From Clostridia bacterium (GTDB lineage: Bacteria > Bacillota > Clostridia > Christensenellales > CAG-1252), in NCBI GenBank assembly GCA_017463565.1, contig JAFTOZ010000064.1:1-41316 (forward strand): a stretch of DNA of 41,316 nt, given 5' to 3'. The stretch's first letter is position 1. Every line of letters begins with the position of its first letter. A program made the position numbers and the translations under genes. The notes under the pieces were generated by a model. That model did not search any database, had not been told where the DNA came from, and was given only the letters and a program-made list of their open reading frames with translations. Of this stretch, positions 11,501 to 18,017 are shown one piece after another.

Positions 11501-11788
11501 GCAGAGAATCCCTATCTCGTGAGCAACTACAAGCAAGTCTGGCTGATGGATATCTATCCTTGGTTGTCCTATCGCCAGGTTGGCAACATTACCTTCCCGC
11601 TGGCGACTGAAATACCCGTCTTCCGCCACGTGGTAGCCTACTTCGATCAGGCTACCTACCAGCTGACAAGACAGTCGCCAGTCAACGGAAGTGCCACAAA
11701 ACTCTGCTATTGCACGAATAACGGCTTGGCAGTCATCAACGTCATCGGGAAGAAGAACACCTCGTACACAGAAGGAGAAAACGCATGA
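2..11788 (+). CDS. Giant repetitive surface protein/adhesin (5'-truncated, >3900 aa): MBG-like and YDG-like beta repeats, internal rubredoxin-like knuckles, helical repeat region, C-terminal GLUG-type beta-helix
   Basis: The frame is open from base 2 (GQNYRADTWSPAV...), so the real start lies upstream of the window. Repeats of the form YDG/YNG...NAGxYxIxAxI...NY...LTI. KTYDG...NY units at about 3250-3800. FEGYYRGDGHKIRHL, GLFAQL and VGGLVG motifs plus GRSAENPYLV near the C-terminus. Stop overlaps the next ATG (ATGA). Confidence 0.85.
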   Translation, partial: GQNYRADTWSPAVLVISQLHYIDAEIGDLRLYVDSEPSILYDTATHYLGVFKRAEGTGSESNFKDAFVAGVPVDIGALHITIPVRYTYDYRPHGAVGTPITGGVFTADHGALNAGVYTITASIDADPNGNYSAWSATATLTINRLTWGEGGLGSIYLVGNEGNEQFYDGVAHYVGVNSTNAYRNEYVPNLYYYIANGVVTPSDEDNYNFKVDVEYTYYLGEVGTGTYNETFVYAQDAGIYNIQATIAENVNYVGKTLHTTYTILRLDWVAGQLGEIYLPEEASLTFDASYHYLGISRTEGVHVDLADGPMHNITVTVGTLELIIPVIYTYSMDESGPYVTFEENTAYNAGTYYVRATIADTTNYVGKQMAGKLVINRIRWTDADHDFDYLYLVGGSRAYNGQEQYVGVSVAVNQANPVLLTNLSYQVTAEDALYQGSEGGNINVPVTYLFNTQGEGYEYERFTSALNAGPYYIKAVIEENINYEGLELTTTYTINPLVFANDPEGNVDYNAGYLGELYLTGDVRPYDGAAHYMSVQDTPGYLDKAPQTLVYVLDGGYELRLNVTYKFSYDRNSNDYTMDFTSATDAGVYHVCASLPDDVNGNYIGFTKDAVLEITKLDWTGTDGNLPEIFMMGGSTPYDMLTHYASVSTSAGRWNDTAPSALHFAFKEGGVQQVGAGEGALSIDVIYTYATEREGEYSQAFTGLQSVGTVWVKAYIGSSLNYHEKVFEPVELSVTALVFANDPEGHINVSEGYLGALTFEGATLVYDGEPHSIAVVHDNLNAQNELVFTLAGGTLTIPLVYTASKNGGEYLPFDEETNAGEYRVRFSIAAGANGSYAATTGEAVLWIKPFETTIIWNKAFDTTTVYNGYEQVVTATIEMVDGVHDMGLLFLSRAELLELVGYDYEAIQAASTVLTNSTSIIYVNGEGTHTVDISAVNKDGVLFHAGEYVMVALFDNSNYLVTNYSSLVQELTIEKAIIDVRVNGKTLTYDGLPHYIDTHIGSTEYLDVKPANHIIELEGNDEATISYMYGTDGESYGSEFEPTAKAGHYYVKVEVHLDLSISGDYERWDDYEHWVRYAELVIEKKQLSFVSTSDEGDWTKTYDTTADYSMYEFSGVVAADEGKITCSISYDNKNAGEAKSMQINLQSTEEGLLENYTYNQITSGVIKPKELRLVDLNWIKTYDGRAEAAPTLDGVPVDLNDAAAYEEGYYKYESDEVQVVATFNSKNVTEASVLNFSLQGADAMNYVVGNTPPALGAGEHYILPKEIDITWSGIDLTYNSYVRTAEALAANRANGVEAYTYTSAHFDLVGDDIANNVLSAGNGVFLFALTYYDKDDNVMPASAYKNAGDYSVRADLDERVMTIDVDASYGIDAGTYYTLSTEGEALNYVFKPSDMARDTKIEKLLRVVNWEFPAGELVYDGTSKVISASIELVGADRTNVAYGADLNGVLHLGVLAPDVPLTDNGGLACVSGVVMLRNGARTNVFRNAGSYDIYVQLVHELSLNYELNDGERNGTVIKKAPIGDYFRFEGSVEYTYEHGTRYYFFVAPGDGDAFGMLAYDPIVGGEFSYDDYERSYAYDDIPVLVQYNGGDLSFYAEPTAYALGSNGVVNAGSYVIEASVLETENYEGWVGRVEIVIHKGIINIFDIADRLDSSGAPLVYNGSAYGLFAAYKGAGDEAGLKFNTNYTELYLPDGTAAGIQYLMHELSYTGKLAQGESGISAVPLTSNGCYVDALGNVIAADIKSRYDGSQPTVLPETKQAGYYLVSAAVIDHTNYQDWTGEGLLRIIQYNTTVLWMARPSATQEFVGINEVEFTYNGYDQIGNVMAYFPTYAGDGDENNRAYLQILTMPESGLALYEANGGQPNEFRLASTYLLDCQLPEAVGEDAEKIEYLARNYNITYSETKLTMKKFTVTFTWDVDSIGTAYDPANPPIYDGIAHTLYARGVGVSYYVKIGGYGNERVTRRTEAIPLVTDEFDENGNRRWEAIDAGENYKATIIGIGQTEIDNAGSYCMQNGQDCNYAASTYLYNYELPSSGLELTWKIAKRPLTVVIDDRDSMLLQKYYDGIDKFEIDQAESTFTFEKSMVDDGEGGLIEEAITRNGMTVYLYNQTATYRVIGVDGANSFSYTIRGILERDTYSQHKCPECDYFYSENEFSSYSLESELGYEIMAVTPGTKWNDLDEGYECPRCKEISGANANRLAEALYNMLIVEYDNKNMMEFVILAQQIDAFYNMAEKLLEGTPDFGDAEIAYYYLLSAKQLLDESTTIGSNLPLILEHAYADIYFLQAAAVSAMIAGLPEIPAVYGASAPGYSLSSYVNVIMLKSYYDSLDTETEVGGMDPKSSVENVDKLSAAMDVIDLLVDTASADDFDSEVASKLGSISSMEQYKDYVSLRSVYELLGEEKMEQVSDETVNTLTVAGNAIWAILKAEIAEIRISDSLHDIRWAEGVVQTVIHKGYIQMADLIPGNFVANNLSGERDELDAYDAEIRKLCVGDDYYTQAAVRVNFDTATAAEIMLNSVAESKGLNSDAMAYVLRYLAYDLYQDMEVITKTTYTSAIENVMSIKEMDSSTYIYNIGLFTYLWERWERINSYEGIGESAWEKVDSGNARFNQLEACLQAANSTVPHVNYVYAWLMGIEIGGINEEDILTLNTARLVYELALTNGVEGTTEDFDVSSLDISSLEREERGMQNDYMNGVISNIPLPTTLESGIENNGNTSLAYAVGLYNTFGATLRAALDTNGQLEARLSSYESLFNFDAVASIINDQRTMEEVLLTFNGLPRDVVGLYLDADFVNRIEGMVLTQYIALLSVDGNLLDVGLLHYIKVRTDVENGRISEEALAYITNYDRFLELYDKVMLPIPSFSDLEPAVQRLTSYLDGNGKLAGNPDLNMMMDLYNARYIYSYLKNMSFDVDSVDSSAMTTLEGEVASYVLSLLNNVNVQSSYSEYERRQIALARIYYDMLHEDVINIYGMMDWANRLIDQENKLLAAIRETAITRKSEFVAISNPIQLIPYQINIYHTHLDENSDNICDLCEGDASSDRYLTNAVDATDADILWNTFKNDNYERTADSAGATGLTNVPANVLPLPLTIEFGGDKSMYYNGNTFYREYHGIDSFAYIVQDNVAHIAPFGDYDDDENSATLSQDGTSISVVLWDKYMTNGINLTFTKVVEDEPEVDPLAEDEEPDAFVGTWICGDMKLTFDGGGNGVFAKGNQLTNVSQWGEFISKVVLTRDKTGQVIDSEYGRLIDGNYFEFAISLVGYSHEGRLVCNVSDASDIPHKLILLPNEEGEFEIVTKDTLGRQNYVITVQMEELIVEGYEEVDNGVNTGEIQYDPCTVMVPFATKQEGLTVPAEFRIKKRPLEIVYSNVLQSWQQDAPITITAGSIQRGKTNLNAYETDIDDEAFLALLKKDGFLDSEGNLITGDQAVIKSDATWWVEDKNHTYERYQGFIMYHDREYDLDPKLKIYLTDGGDLAGALRSNNGSNYEINMPVLQVTHSLVASEEDYSFYISTAKDVQLMGLDMTGLYEARHDLYNPVGKIPTFLQKNDIDMIDEKGNLVIVKSAGIFEGYYRGDGHKIRHLVVMNDGIYGGLFAQLEGGVIQDLHIEDAHVYMIGGATVGGLVGKASNAQIVNSSFAGKVEGHVYVEADATIAGGLVGEAYNTSLHNVAVAGYVQIENAHSDWHDKEQNIYAGGLIGHASHNEHFGYTHMVSASSIAVAVSADVWTAESNMGSVIGYWQDVDATAYEALFEYATTAYLTNSATMHSLYGGGDDVSVCNYAVGNYHAGAESLFGSSYDTLLLNANEAAQLLASNVMKDHYLSTGLYSYSGQKKDEKGRSAENPYLVSNYKQVWLMDIYPWLSYRQVGNITFPLATEIPVFRHVVAYFDQATYQLTRQSPVNGSATKLCYCTNNGLAVINVIGKKNTSYTEGENA
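6419..6568 (+). other. Rubredoxin-like metal-binding module inside the giant protein
   Basis: HKCPECDYFY...VTPGTKWNDLDEGYECPRC matches the rubredoxin pattern CxxCGYxY...PGTxF/WxDLPxxWxCPxC. Confidence 0.8.
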
Positions 11789-13827
11789 AAACAAAGATAA
11801 TCGCATTTAGTGTCATGGCAACGGTCATTTTGGTGGCCATCATCTCTCTTTCTGTGGCGTGGTATGCTTCCTCTGCCGGCGAAGAAGAGGTGACGGCAAA
11901 TTCACTTGGTTTGACGACGTCGACCAGCGCCTCTTTGCAACTGCGTTTCCCGGACGGACCTACCACGGCAGAACGCTATAAGGGACAAACGGGCACACAG
12001 TATGAGGGCGAAGACCATCCCTATTATTTGGTTTACGATGGCGTAGAACTCTCTACGTCCGGACAAAAAGATGAAAATAAAAAATTAACGATCAGTATTA
12101 GCCAAGTCAAAATCATTCTTGCCAGTACGGACGATGAGGGAAATAACTTGGTGGAAACCTATACCGCAGACACCGAAGTGGCGGAGGGAGAGAAGAATCC
12201 CTACGACTACTTTACCGTTCGCGCTTATCTCAAGCAGGTAGTGAATGTTGAGACGGACGAGATTTTAGAGGATTATACCGCCAATCCTATCCCGTATTTG
12301 CTCGAGAACAACTATTTGGTTTCGGTCAGCGACGCCACTTTCTTTGATAACGGACAAAACGAATCGGGCGACACCGTTTGGGTTGACCGAGAAGGCAATC
12401 TTGCCACGCTGTCTGCCGATGGTAACTTGCTCTATAAGGGATATGGCGGATCTTGGAGCATGCTGGATAACGTCTATTCTATAGAGTATGACGGAGTAAG
12501 ACACACTTTCGTCATGTCAGACGGTGCGCTGTACGAGGACGGCTATCCTGTACGCGAACCATTTACTATGCAAAACAACAAGCGTTACGTCCTGCAGTTC
12601 GACATCATATTCCAAAACGAAGAGTATTATGCCGAGCTGATGGAAACGAAGGCAGACCTGTCTGAGGATTGCGCAACCCCTATCAGCCATCCCAAGTATA
12701 TGTACTGTACGTTGGGCTTTGGTGTGGACAGTTATAGCGCAGATCTTGTGAAGATCACATTACTCCCGAATTCGCCGGGTGCAGGCACGGTACAGGGGGA
12801 CTATTCTGCGATCGAGACCACGGGCTGTGCCGTCGTCGATCTTCGTCATAAGAACCTCTCCTTCTCGGCATCGGACGATTGGGAATACGTGTTCGACGGT
12901 TGGTATACCACGAAAGAGGGCGTACGCACGCGCTTTGAGGAGGACGATCTGGTTGCTAATCCGGTGCGCAACGACTTTTCTTTGTCGGCAGGCTGGATCA
13001 AGAAGGCTCGCATTCATGCACATCTTCCACAAGGAGACACTCCATGGGTTTTGTGGCATACAGAGCATATTTTGCCAGGGAACAAAGCGACTGCCCCCCA
13101 TGATCCCGGTCTTATTAACGGTAGGGTGTTCGTGGCGTGGATTCGTCTTGGAGATGGGTTCAGTGTAGATGCAAACGGAAGAATCCTGGATGCAAACGGT
13201 ACGGAGATCTCTGTGGCAAATAAAAACTACGAGCCGTACGTCTACGACTTCGACCACGTACTCAGCGAGGGAGAGGACGTACAACTGTATGGACTGTGGG
13301 AGAAATACTACGAGGTTCGTATCGATATGTATATCGGCGCTGCGCGCCATATCGGCGTACAACGGTTTGATTACGATGAAGCATCGGGAACCTTTGTGGC
13401 AACGTCTGACTTCTACGCTAGCGAATCGACGGAAGAATTCTCCGTAATGCTCCCGGCATCGGCAAAATTTAGCAGTTATTTCCATGAGGATCTGCCCACA
13501 GAGGGCGACCTTGAGGACGACCAGACCTTCTATTTTGTAATCGTGACCGAAGATACGAACCTAAACTGTAACCGAGTTGATGGCGAAGGTAACCTTACGG
13601 AGATAACGATTAAAGGCGACACCTGCGAGGGCCGCTTCCAGTGCATCACATTGAAAAACGTCACGGGGATGACCACCTCTGCGCCTTCGTATACCGTTGG
13701 AATTGATGGAACCGAAGATCCAACCATTGAAGAACTATTTTACCGCAATATAGAAGAAGATGATAATAACAACAAAGGATATGAGGATGGGTATGTGAAG
13801 CTCTTTGCGTACCTGAAACTACTGTGA
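11785..13827 (+). CDS. Exported protein with SipW-cognate-type signal peptide and degenerate InlB B-repeat (Flg_new)-like segments
   Basis: Hydrophobic N-terminus ending SLSVAWY. YVFDGWYT and VQLYGLW motifs. RBS AAGGAG. Translationally coupled to the giant gene. Confidence 0.7.
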   Translation: MKTKIIAFSVMATVILVAIISLSVAWYASSAGEEEVTANSLGLTTSTSASLQLRFPDGPTTAERYKGQTGTQYEGEDHPYYLVYDGVELSTSGQKDENKKLTISISQVKIILASTDDEGNNLVETYTADTEVAEGEKNPYDYFTVRAYLKQVVNVETDEILEDYTANPIPYLLENNYLVSVSDATFFDNGQNESGDTVWVDREGNLATLSADGNLLYKGYGGSWSMLDNVYSIEYDGVRHTFVMSDGALYEDGYPVREPFTMQNNKRYVLQFDIIFQNEEYYAELMETKADLSEDCATPISHPKYMYCTLGFGVDSYSADLVKITLLPNSPGAGTVQGDYSAIETTGCAVVDLRHKNLSFSASDDWEYVFDGWYTTKEGVRTRFEEDDLVANPVRNDFSLSAGWIKKARIHAHLPQGDTPWVLWHTEHILPGNKATAPHDPGLINGRVFVAWIRLGDGFSVDANGRILDANGTEISVANKNYEPYVYDFDHVLSEGEDVQLYGLWEKYYEVRIDMYIGAARHIGVQRFDYDEASGTFVATSDFYASESTEEFSVMLPASAKFSSYFHEDLPTEGDLEDDQTFYFVIVTEDTNLNCNRVDGEGNLTEITIKGDTCEGRFQCITLKNVTGMTTSAPSYTVGIDGTEDPTIEELFYRNIEEDDNNNKGYEDGYVKLFAYLKLL

Positions 13828-13860
13828 TGAGTTTCTTAACTTTAATTAGTGATATTAAGA

Positions 13861-13889
13861 TTGAAACTTAATCAGTAGCAGTGTATAAT
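13861..13889 (+). promoter_or_regulatory. Sigma-A-type promoter for 13898-18017
   Basis: TTGAAA-N17-TATAAT in an AT-rich gap. The ATG lies only 8 nt after the -10. Confidence 0.6.
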
Positions 13890-13897
13890 AGAAAGGG

Positions 13898-14731
13898 ATG
13901 AAGAAGAAAGTTACGATTCTAATCATATGTATAGCGTTGGTGGCGTGCCTGTTCCTGTGCGCGCCCTCTTCGCTTGCATGGTATACGGAAGAACCTTCCT
14001 CTGTGTTTAGTCTGACGGTGGACGCTTCTGGTTTCTTGGCCATCTATATTGAGGCGCCTATTGATCCGGCAGGGGAGGAAGACCGCGCCCTGACGCCTGC
14101 GGTGGCTATGGACGGGGCTGTGATGAACGGCTTGCCCATGGACGTGACGCGCGTCTATAACGCAGAGGACGATAATCCTTCCTACGTCAAGAGTGTGGCT
14201 ATCCAAAAGACGTACACCGGTGAGTTTACCTACTTTCAGGATGCCAACGCAGCGTCCTATATTTCCTACAGTCTGACCCCCTGCGATCGCAACAGCGAAC
14301 AGGCAGGCGACAAACTCTATTTTGCCAACTCGGAATTTGTCTACGCACAGGTGGATTTCGTAGCGAAGACCAGCTTGGAGGACGACACTGTCATCACGCA
14401 CTATCCTTTGTACGATACGCCGGAGGCGAAGTACGACCCCGAGGTGGGCGGTATGAGCCCCCGTCAATCGGCAGACAAAACCAGTGGCGAACTGTACGTA
14501 GAAGGGTCTACGACCGTGCAAATCACCGTTACCCTCTACTTTGCCAACGTGAGCGAGTTGATTGATCCGCATTTCTACGATAGCGACTCTATCTGGTTTG
14601 AGATTGGTTTGCGGGTTACCGGTATCATCGAACCTGAAATCCCCGAATGCACCGAGCACGTAGATGAAGATCTGGACGGCTTGTGCGATACCTGTGGCGA
14701 GTCGGTAACTGAACCCGAGCAAGGAGAATAA
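13898..14731 (+). CDS. Exported protein with SipW-cognate-type signal peptide and C-terminal CxxH-x-DxDxDG-x-CDxC motif
   Basis: N-terminus ...APSSLAWYTE. Beta-rich acidic body. Tail CTEHVDEDLDGLCDTCG. Confidence 0.7.
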   Translation: MKKKVTILIICIALVACLFLCAPSSLAWYTEEPSSVFSLTVDASGFLAIYIEAPIDPAGEEDRALTPAVAMDGAVMNGLPMDVTRVYNAEDDNPSYVKSVAIQKTYTGEFTYFQDANAASYISYSLTPCDRNSEQAGDKLYFANSEFVYAQVDFVAKTSLEDDTVITHYPLYDTPEAKYDPEVGGMSPRQSADKTSGELYVEGSTTVQITVTLYFANVSELIDPHFYDSDSIWFEIGLRVTGIIEPEIPECTEHVDEDLDGLCDTCGESVTEPEQGE

Positions 14732-14733
14732 TC

Positions 14734-15381
14734 ATGAAAAAGAGTCAGATGATTGCAATGATTGTACTGTTGGTCGTTCTCCTTTTGGCCGTTGCGGCAG
14801 GTGTGACTGCGTACGCTGTTTGGCAACAAGAAGAATCCAATAAACTGGAATTTGAGATGCAGTTCAATGATCCCAACCCTTCGTTGAACTACCAAATCTT
14901 CGTCCCCGTGAATGCCGAGGGTGAGCGTGTTAGCGGCAGCTACGATACCACCGGGCAGCACGGCTATCACGCGAGCAACTACGTGCTTGCAGGTGGCGCT
15001 GATGCTGGATCTATCGTTGGTTTGGCGCTTGTGGGCTGGGAAGGCGGCATTTCCTGTACGGAACTGAATATTCCCGACGAAGCCACCCTCAAAATCAACG
15101 GTGTAGAGCAGACCTTGCCCGTCGTTGCGGTACGTATGGACGTGCAATTTGATCAAAACTATTTTTATGGCAACGAGGCCATCGTAAACATTGTCATCGG
15201 GCGTAACGTGACGTTTATTGCTGACGGTGTGTTTGCGCTGATGCCTAAGTTGACCAGCGTGACCGTGCGTGGTACGGCAGAAGATGCTGCTATCGAGATT
15301 ATGCCGGACGCATTCTCTCCCTTCACGCTAGGAGAAGTTATTTCGGAGGGACGTACTGTCAACGATGGACAGTCGTCGTAG
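14734..15381 (+). CDS. Exported/membrane-anchored protein with a short BspA-type LRR segment
   Basis: Signal ...AGVTAYAVW. IVIGRNVTFIADGVFALMPKLTSVTV is an LRR_5-like turn. RBS AAGGAG. Confidence 0.7.
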   Translation: MKKSQMIAMIVLLVVLLLAVAAGVTAYAVWQQEESNKLEFEMQFNDPNPSLNYQIFVPVNAEGERVSGSYDTTGQHGYHASNYVLAGGADAGSIVGLALVGWEGGISCTELNIPDEATLKINGVEQTLPVVAVRMDVQFDQNYFYGNEAIVNIVIGRNVTFIADGVFALMPKLTSVTVRGTAEDAAIEIMPDAFSPFTLGEVISEGRTVNDGQSS

Positions 15382-15386
15382 TCAAT

Positions 15387-18017
15387 ATGAAGAAGATCCT
15401 TGTATTTTTGCTTGCCGTTTGCGTTGCCGCTTGTGCGCTGACACTCGTTGCCTGCGATCCGGCCAACTATACGCTTACCTACGTCATTGACGGGGAAGTG
15501 TATAGCATATCTACCGTCAATCCCGAAGAAATTCCCGATTTTCCCATCATCCCTGATGAAAAAGATGGGTATTCTTTTGACGGTTGGTATATTGATGCGG
15601 AGCGAACGGCTTTGGTCGACTGGGAGAATTTCTTTGGTGAGGAAAAGGAACTCACTCTCTACGGTACCTATCGCTACCGTGGCGAGGCGCATACCATCAC
15701 GTTCGTGACGGATATGGAATTGGAAGTTGCGCCGATGACTGTCTACGAAAACGAGCCAATGGGGGCTCTGCCTCTGCCTATGATGGACGGCTACGTTTTT
15801 CACGGTTGGCACTATACCGCCGAGCGCAACCATCCCTACGATGCCTCTCGGGGCATTGCTACGGATATCACCCTCTACGCACAGTGGTTGCCCTTGGATC
15901 CTCAGTTACTCACCGAGGTGGAGATTTCTATCAACTATTTGACAAGCGAAGTAGCAGACGCTACCCTCACGCTAACGCAAGGCGAAAAAATAGTTTTGCA
16001 CAATCCCGTGCGTCCTGGCCACAGAATTCTTAGCTACTATATAGACGAAAATTTCCTCGTTCCCTACGATTTTACGCAGATCGTTACCCATTCCTTTACA
16101 CTATATGCCCTGTGGGAGCGTGACGACACCCAGTTTGCCGTTCGTTTTGAGGCAAACGGCGGTACGCCCGTGCCCACCGAATACGTGACGGTCAATTCCC
16201 ATCTGAGCGCGCCTACCACTACGCGCCCCGGGTTTGTTTTTGCCGGTTGGTACGTAGACTCGTCTTTGCAAGAGCCCTTTGATTTTGTGGCCTCTATCAT
16301 TACCTCTTCTATCGTGCTGTATGCAAAATGGATCCCGGAAGAAAAGCCCGACGGCTTCAACGTGACTTTTGTCAAAAACAACGGAGAAGCGGACGAGGTA
16401 TATTTCTTCCAAAAGGACAGTCATTTCTTCTATCCCAACCTGACAAACGGAGATGCTGTTTTTATGGGTTGGTACGTAGACGAGGCGTTTACAACCCCCT
16501 ACGAGTTTGACGCTAACTCCAAAGAGGATATCACCGTCTACGCGCGTTGGGAATTTGCGGAAGAAGAGGAAGGATTTACCTTCCGCAGAAATCAAGCAGG
16601 TACGGGCTATATCCTAGAGGGGTATACGGGCAGCGCAACCGTCGTCATTCCTGCCGAGTATAATTCTCTGCCTGTGGTGGAGATTGCCCCCAATACCTTT
16701 GCAGGGCAGGCCATCACCGCCGTGACTGTTCCGGAATCGGTGCTTGAAATTGACGACTCGGCATTTGAGGGATGCTCGGCATTGGAAACGATTACGGTTA
16801 AGGGCGCTACTTTGGAGAAAATTGGGGCAAGAGCATTCTATCATACTGCAATTAAGGATCTTTATCTGCGAGAGGGGATTCGATTGATCGGAAAAGAAGC
16901 TTTTGCCTATACCCCCTTGACAAAAGTCATTTTGGCAGGTCCTGTGGAGATTGGGGAGAGTGCCTTTGCCTATTGCAAATCGATGGTTTCTTTCCGAGCA
17001 GATGCGGCCATTTCTTTGGGGAAGAAGGCGCTCTACGAGTGTGAGGATTTGAGTACCGTTACCCTAAAGGCCTGCGTATCAATTGACGACTACGCAATTG
17101 CTGTGATTGGGGGATACAATACAACTTTGACCACGCTTGAATTGCCTGCGTGCACTACCATCGGAGATTACGCCTTATACGGCTTGACGGCGCTGAGTAC
17201 CGTCTCTGTGCCAAAGGTGCAGGATGTCTTCTGTTATGCTTTCTTTAATACGCGAATAAAGAAGATCAATCTTCCTGAGATTCAGCGTATTTATAGTTAT
17301 GCCTTTGACAGTTGCCACTCTCTGTCTTCGGTAGAATTGGGCGAATCTCTCGTTTCTATCTCCTACGGTGCGTTTAACGGATGCCCCAACGTTAGTTTTG
17401 CGATGGACGGACATGCTACCTTTACCGTAGTAGACGGATCTATTTTGACCGATAACGGTAAAACCCTTTACGTGGCAGGATATTCATCGACGACCTATAC
17501 CATTCCGGCAGGTGTTGAAAAGGTGGGCGAAAAGGCATTCCAAGCAGGCAACCAAGTGCAGACTCTCGTCATTCCTTATACCGTGACCTATATGGAGCCG
17601 ATGGCGGTTTCCACCTTGGCGGCGCTTGCAGAGGTGAGCATTTCCGCCACAAACGAGACCTACTCGATCGGCGAGGACGGACACCTCTATAGTGGCACCA
17701 CCCTCATTCGATACCTGGACGGCAAGGGTGCCGCCGAGTATACCCTTTCTGCCGATATCACCGTTTCGGTGGGTGCGTTTGGCGGTTGTAAGAATTTGAA
17801 GACGGTGACCGTCGATTCTAGTTTGACAAAGATTGCATTCGGTACCTTCTACGGCTGTGCCTCCCTCGTCGAGGTAATCGGCACCCAAAACGTGCTTGTG
17901 TACGAGGACTTCTGTTTTGCAGGTTGTACCTCGCTCACCACCATTGTGATTCATCCCGATGCAACGGTGGCGGAGGATTCCTTCACCGGTACGCAGGTTA
18001 CAGGCATTGCACGCTAA
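15387..18017 (+). CDS. Lipoprotein with about five InlB B-repeats (Listeria-Bacteroides repeat) and BspA-type leucine-rich repeats
   Basis: Lipobox LVAC. Repeats GYxFxGWY...ITLYAxW. C-terminal repeats of the type VPESVLEIDDSAFEGCSALETI. Confidence 0.9.
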   Translation: MKKILVFLLAVCVAACALTLVACDPANYTLTYVIDGEVYSISTVNPEEIPDFPIIPDEKDGYSFDGWYIDAERTALVDWENFFGEEKELTLYGTYRYRGEAHTITFVTDMELEVAPMTVYENEPMGALPLPMMDGYVFHGWHYTAERNHPYDASRGIATDITLYAQWLPLDPQLLTEVEISINYLTSEVADATLTLTQGEKIVLHNPVRPGHRILSYYIDENFLVPYDFTQIVTHSFTLYALWERDDTQFAVRFEANGGTPVPTEYVTVNSHLSAPTTTRPGFVFAGWYVDSSLQEPFDFVASIITSSIVLYAKWIPEEKPDGFNVTFVKNNGEADEVYFFQKDSHFFYPNLTNGDAVFMGWYVDEAFTTPYEFDANSKEDITVYARWEFAEEEEGFTFRRNQAGTGYILEGYTGSATVVIPAEYNSLPVVEIAPNTFAGQAITAVTVPESVLEIDDSAFEGCSALETITVKGATLEKIGARAFYHTAIKDLYLREGIRLIGKEAFAYTPLTKVILAGPVEIGESAFAYCKSMVSFRADAAISLGKKALYECEDLSTVTLKACVSIDDYAIAVIGGYNTTLTTLELPACTTIGDYALYGLTALSTVSVPKVQDVFCYAFFNTRIKKINLPEIQRIYSYAFDSCHSLSSVELGESLVSISYGAFNGCPNVSFAMDGHATFTVVDGSILTDNGKTLYVAGYSSTTYTIPAGVEKVGEKAFQAGNQVQTLVIPYTVTYMEPMAVSTLAALAEVSISATNETYSIGEDGHLYSGTTLIRYLDGKGAAEYTLSADITVSVGAFGGCKNLKTVTVDSSLTKIAFGTFYGCASLVEVIGTQNVLVYEDFCFAGCTSLTTIVIHPDATVAEDSFTGTQVTGIAR

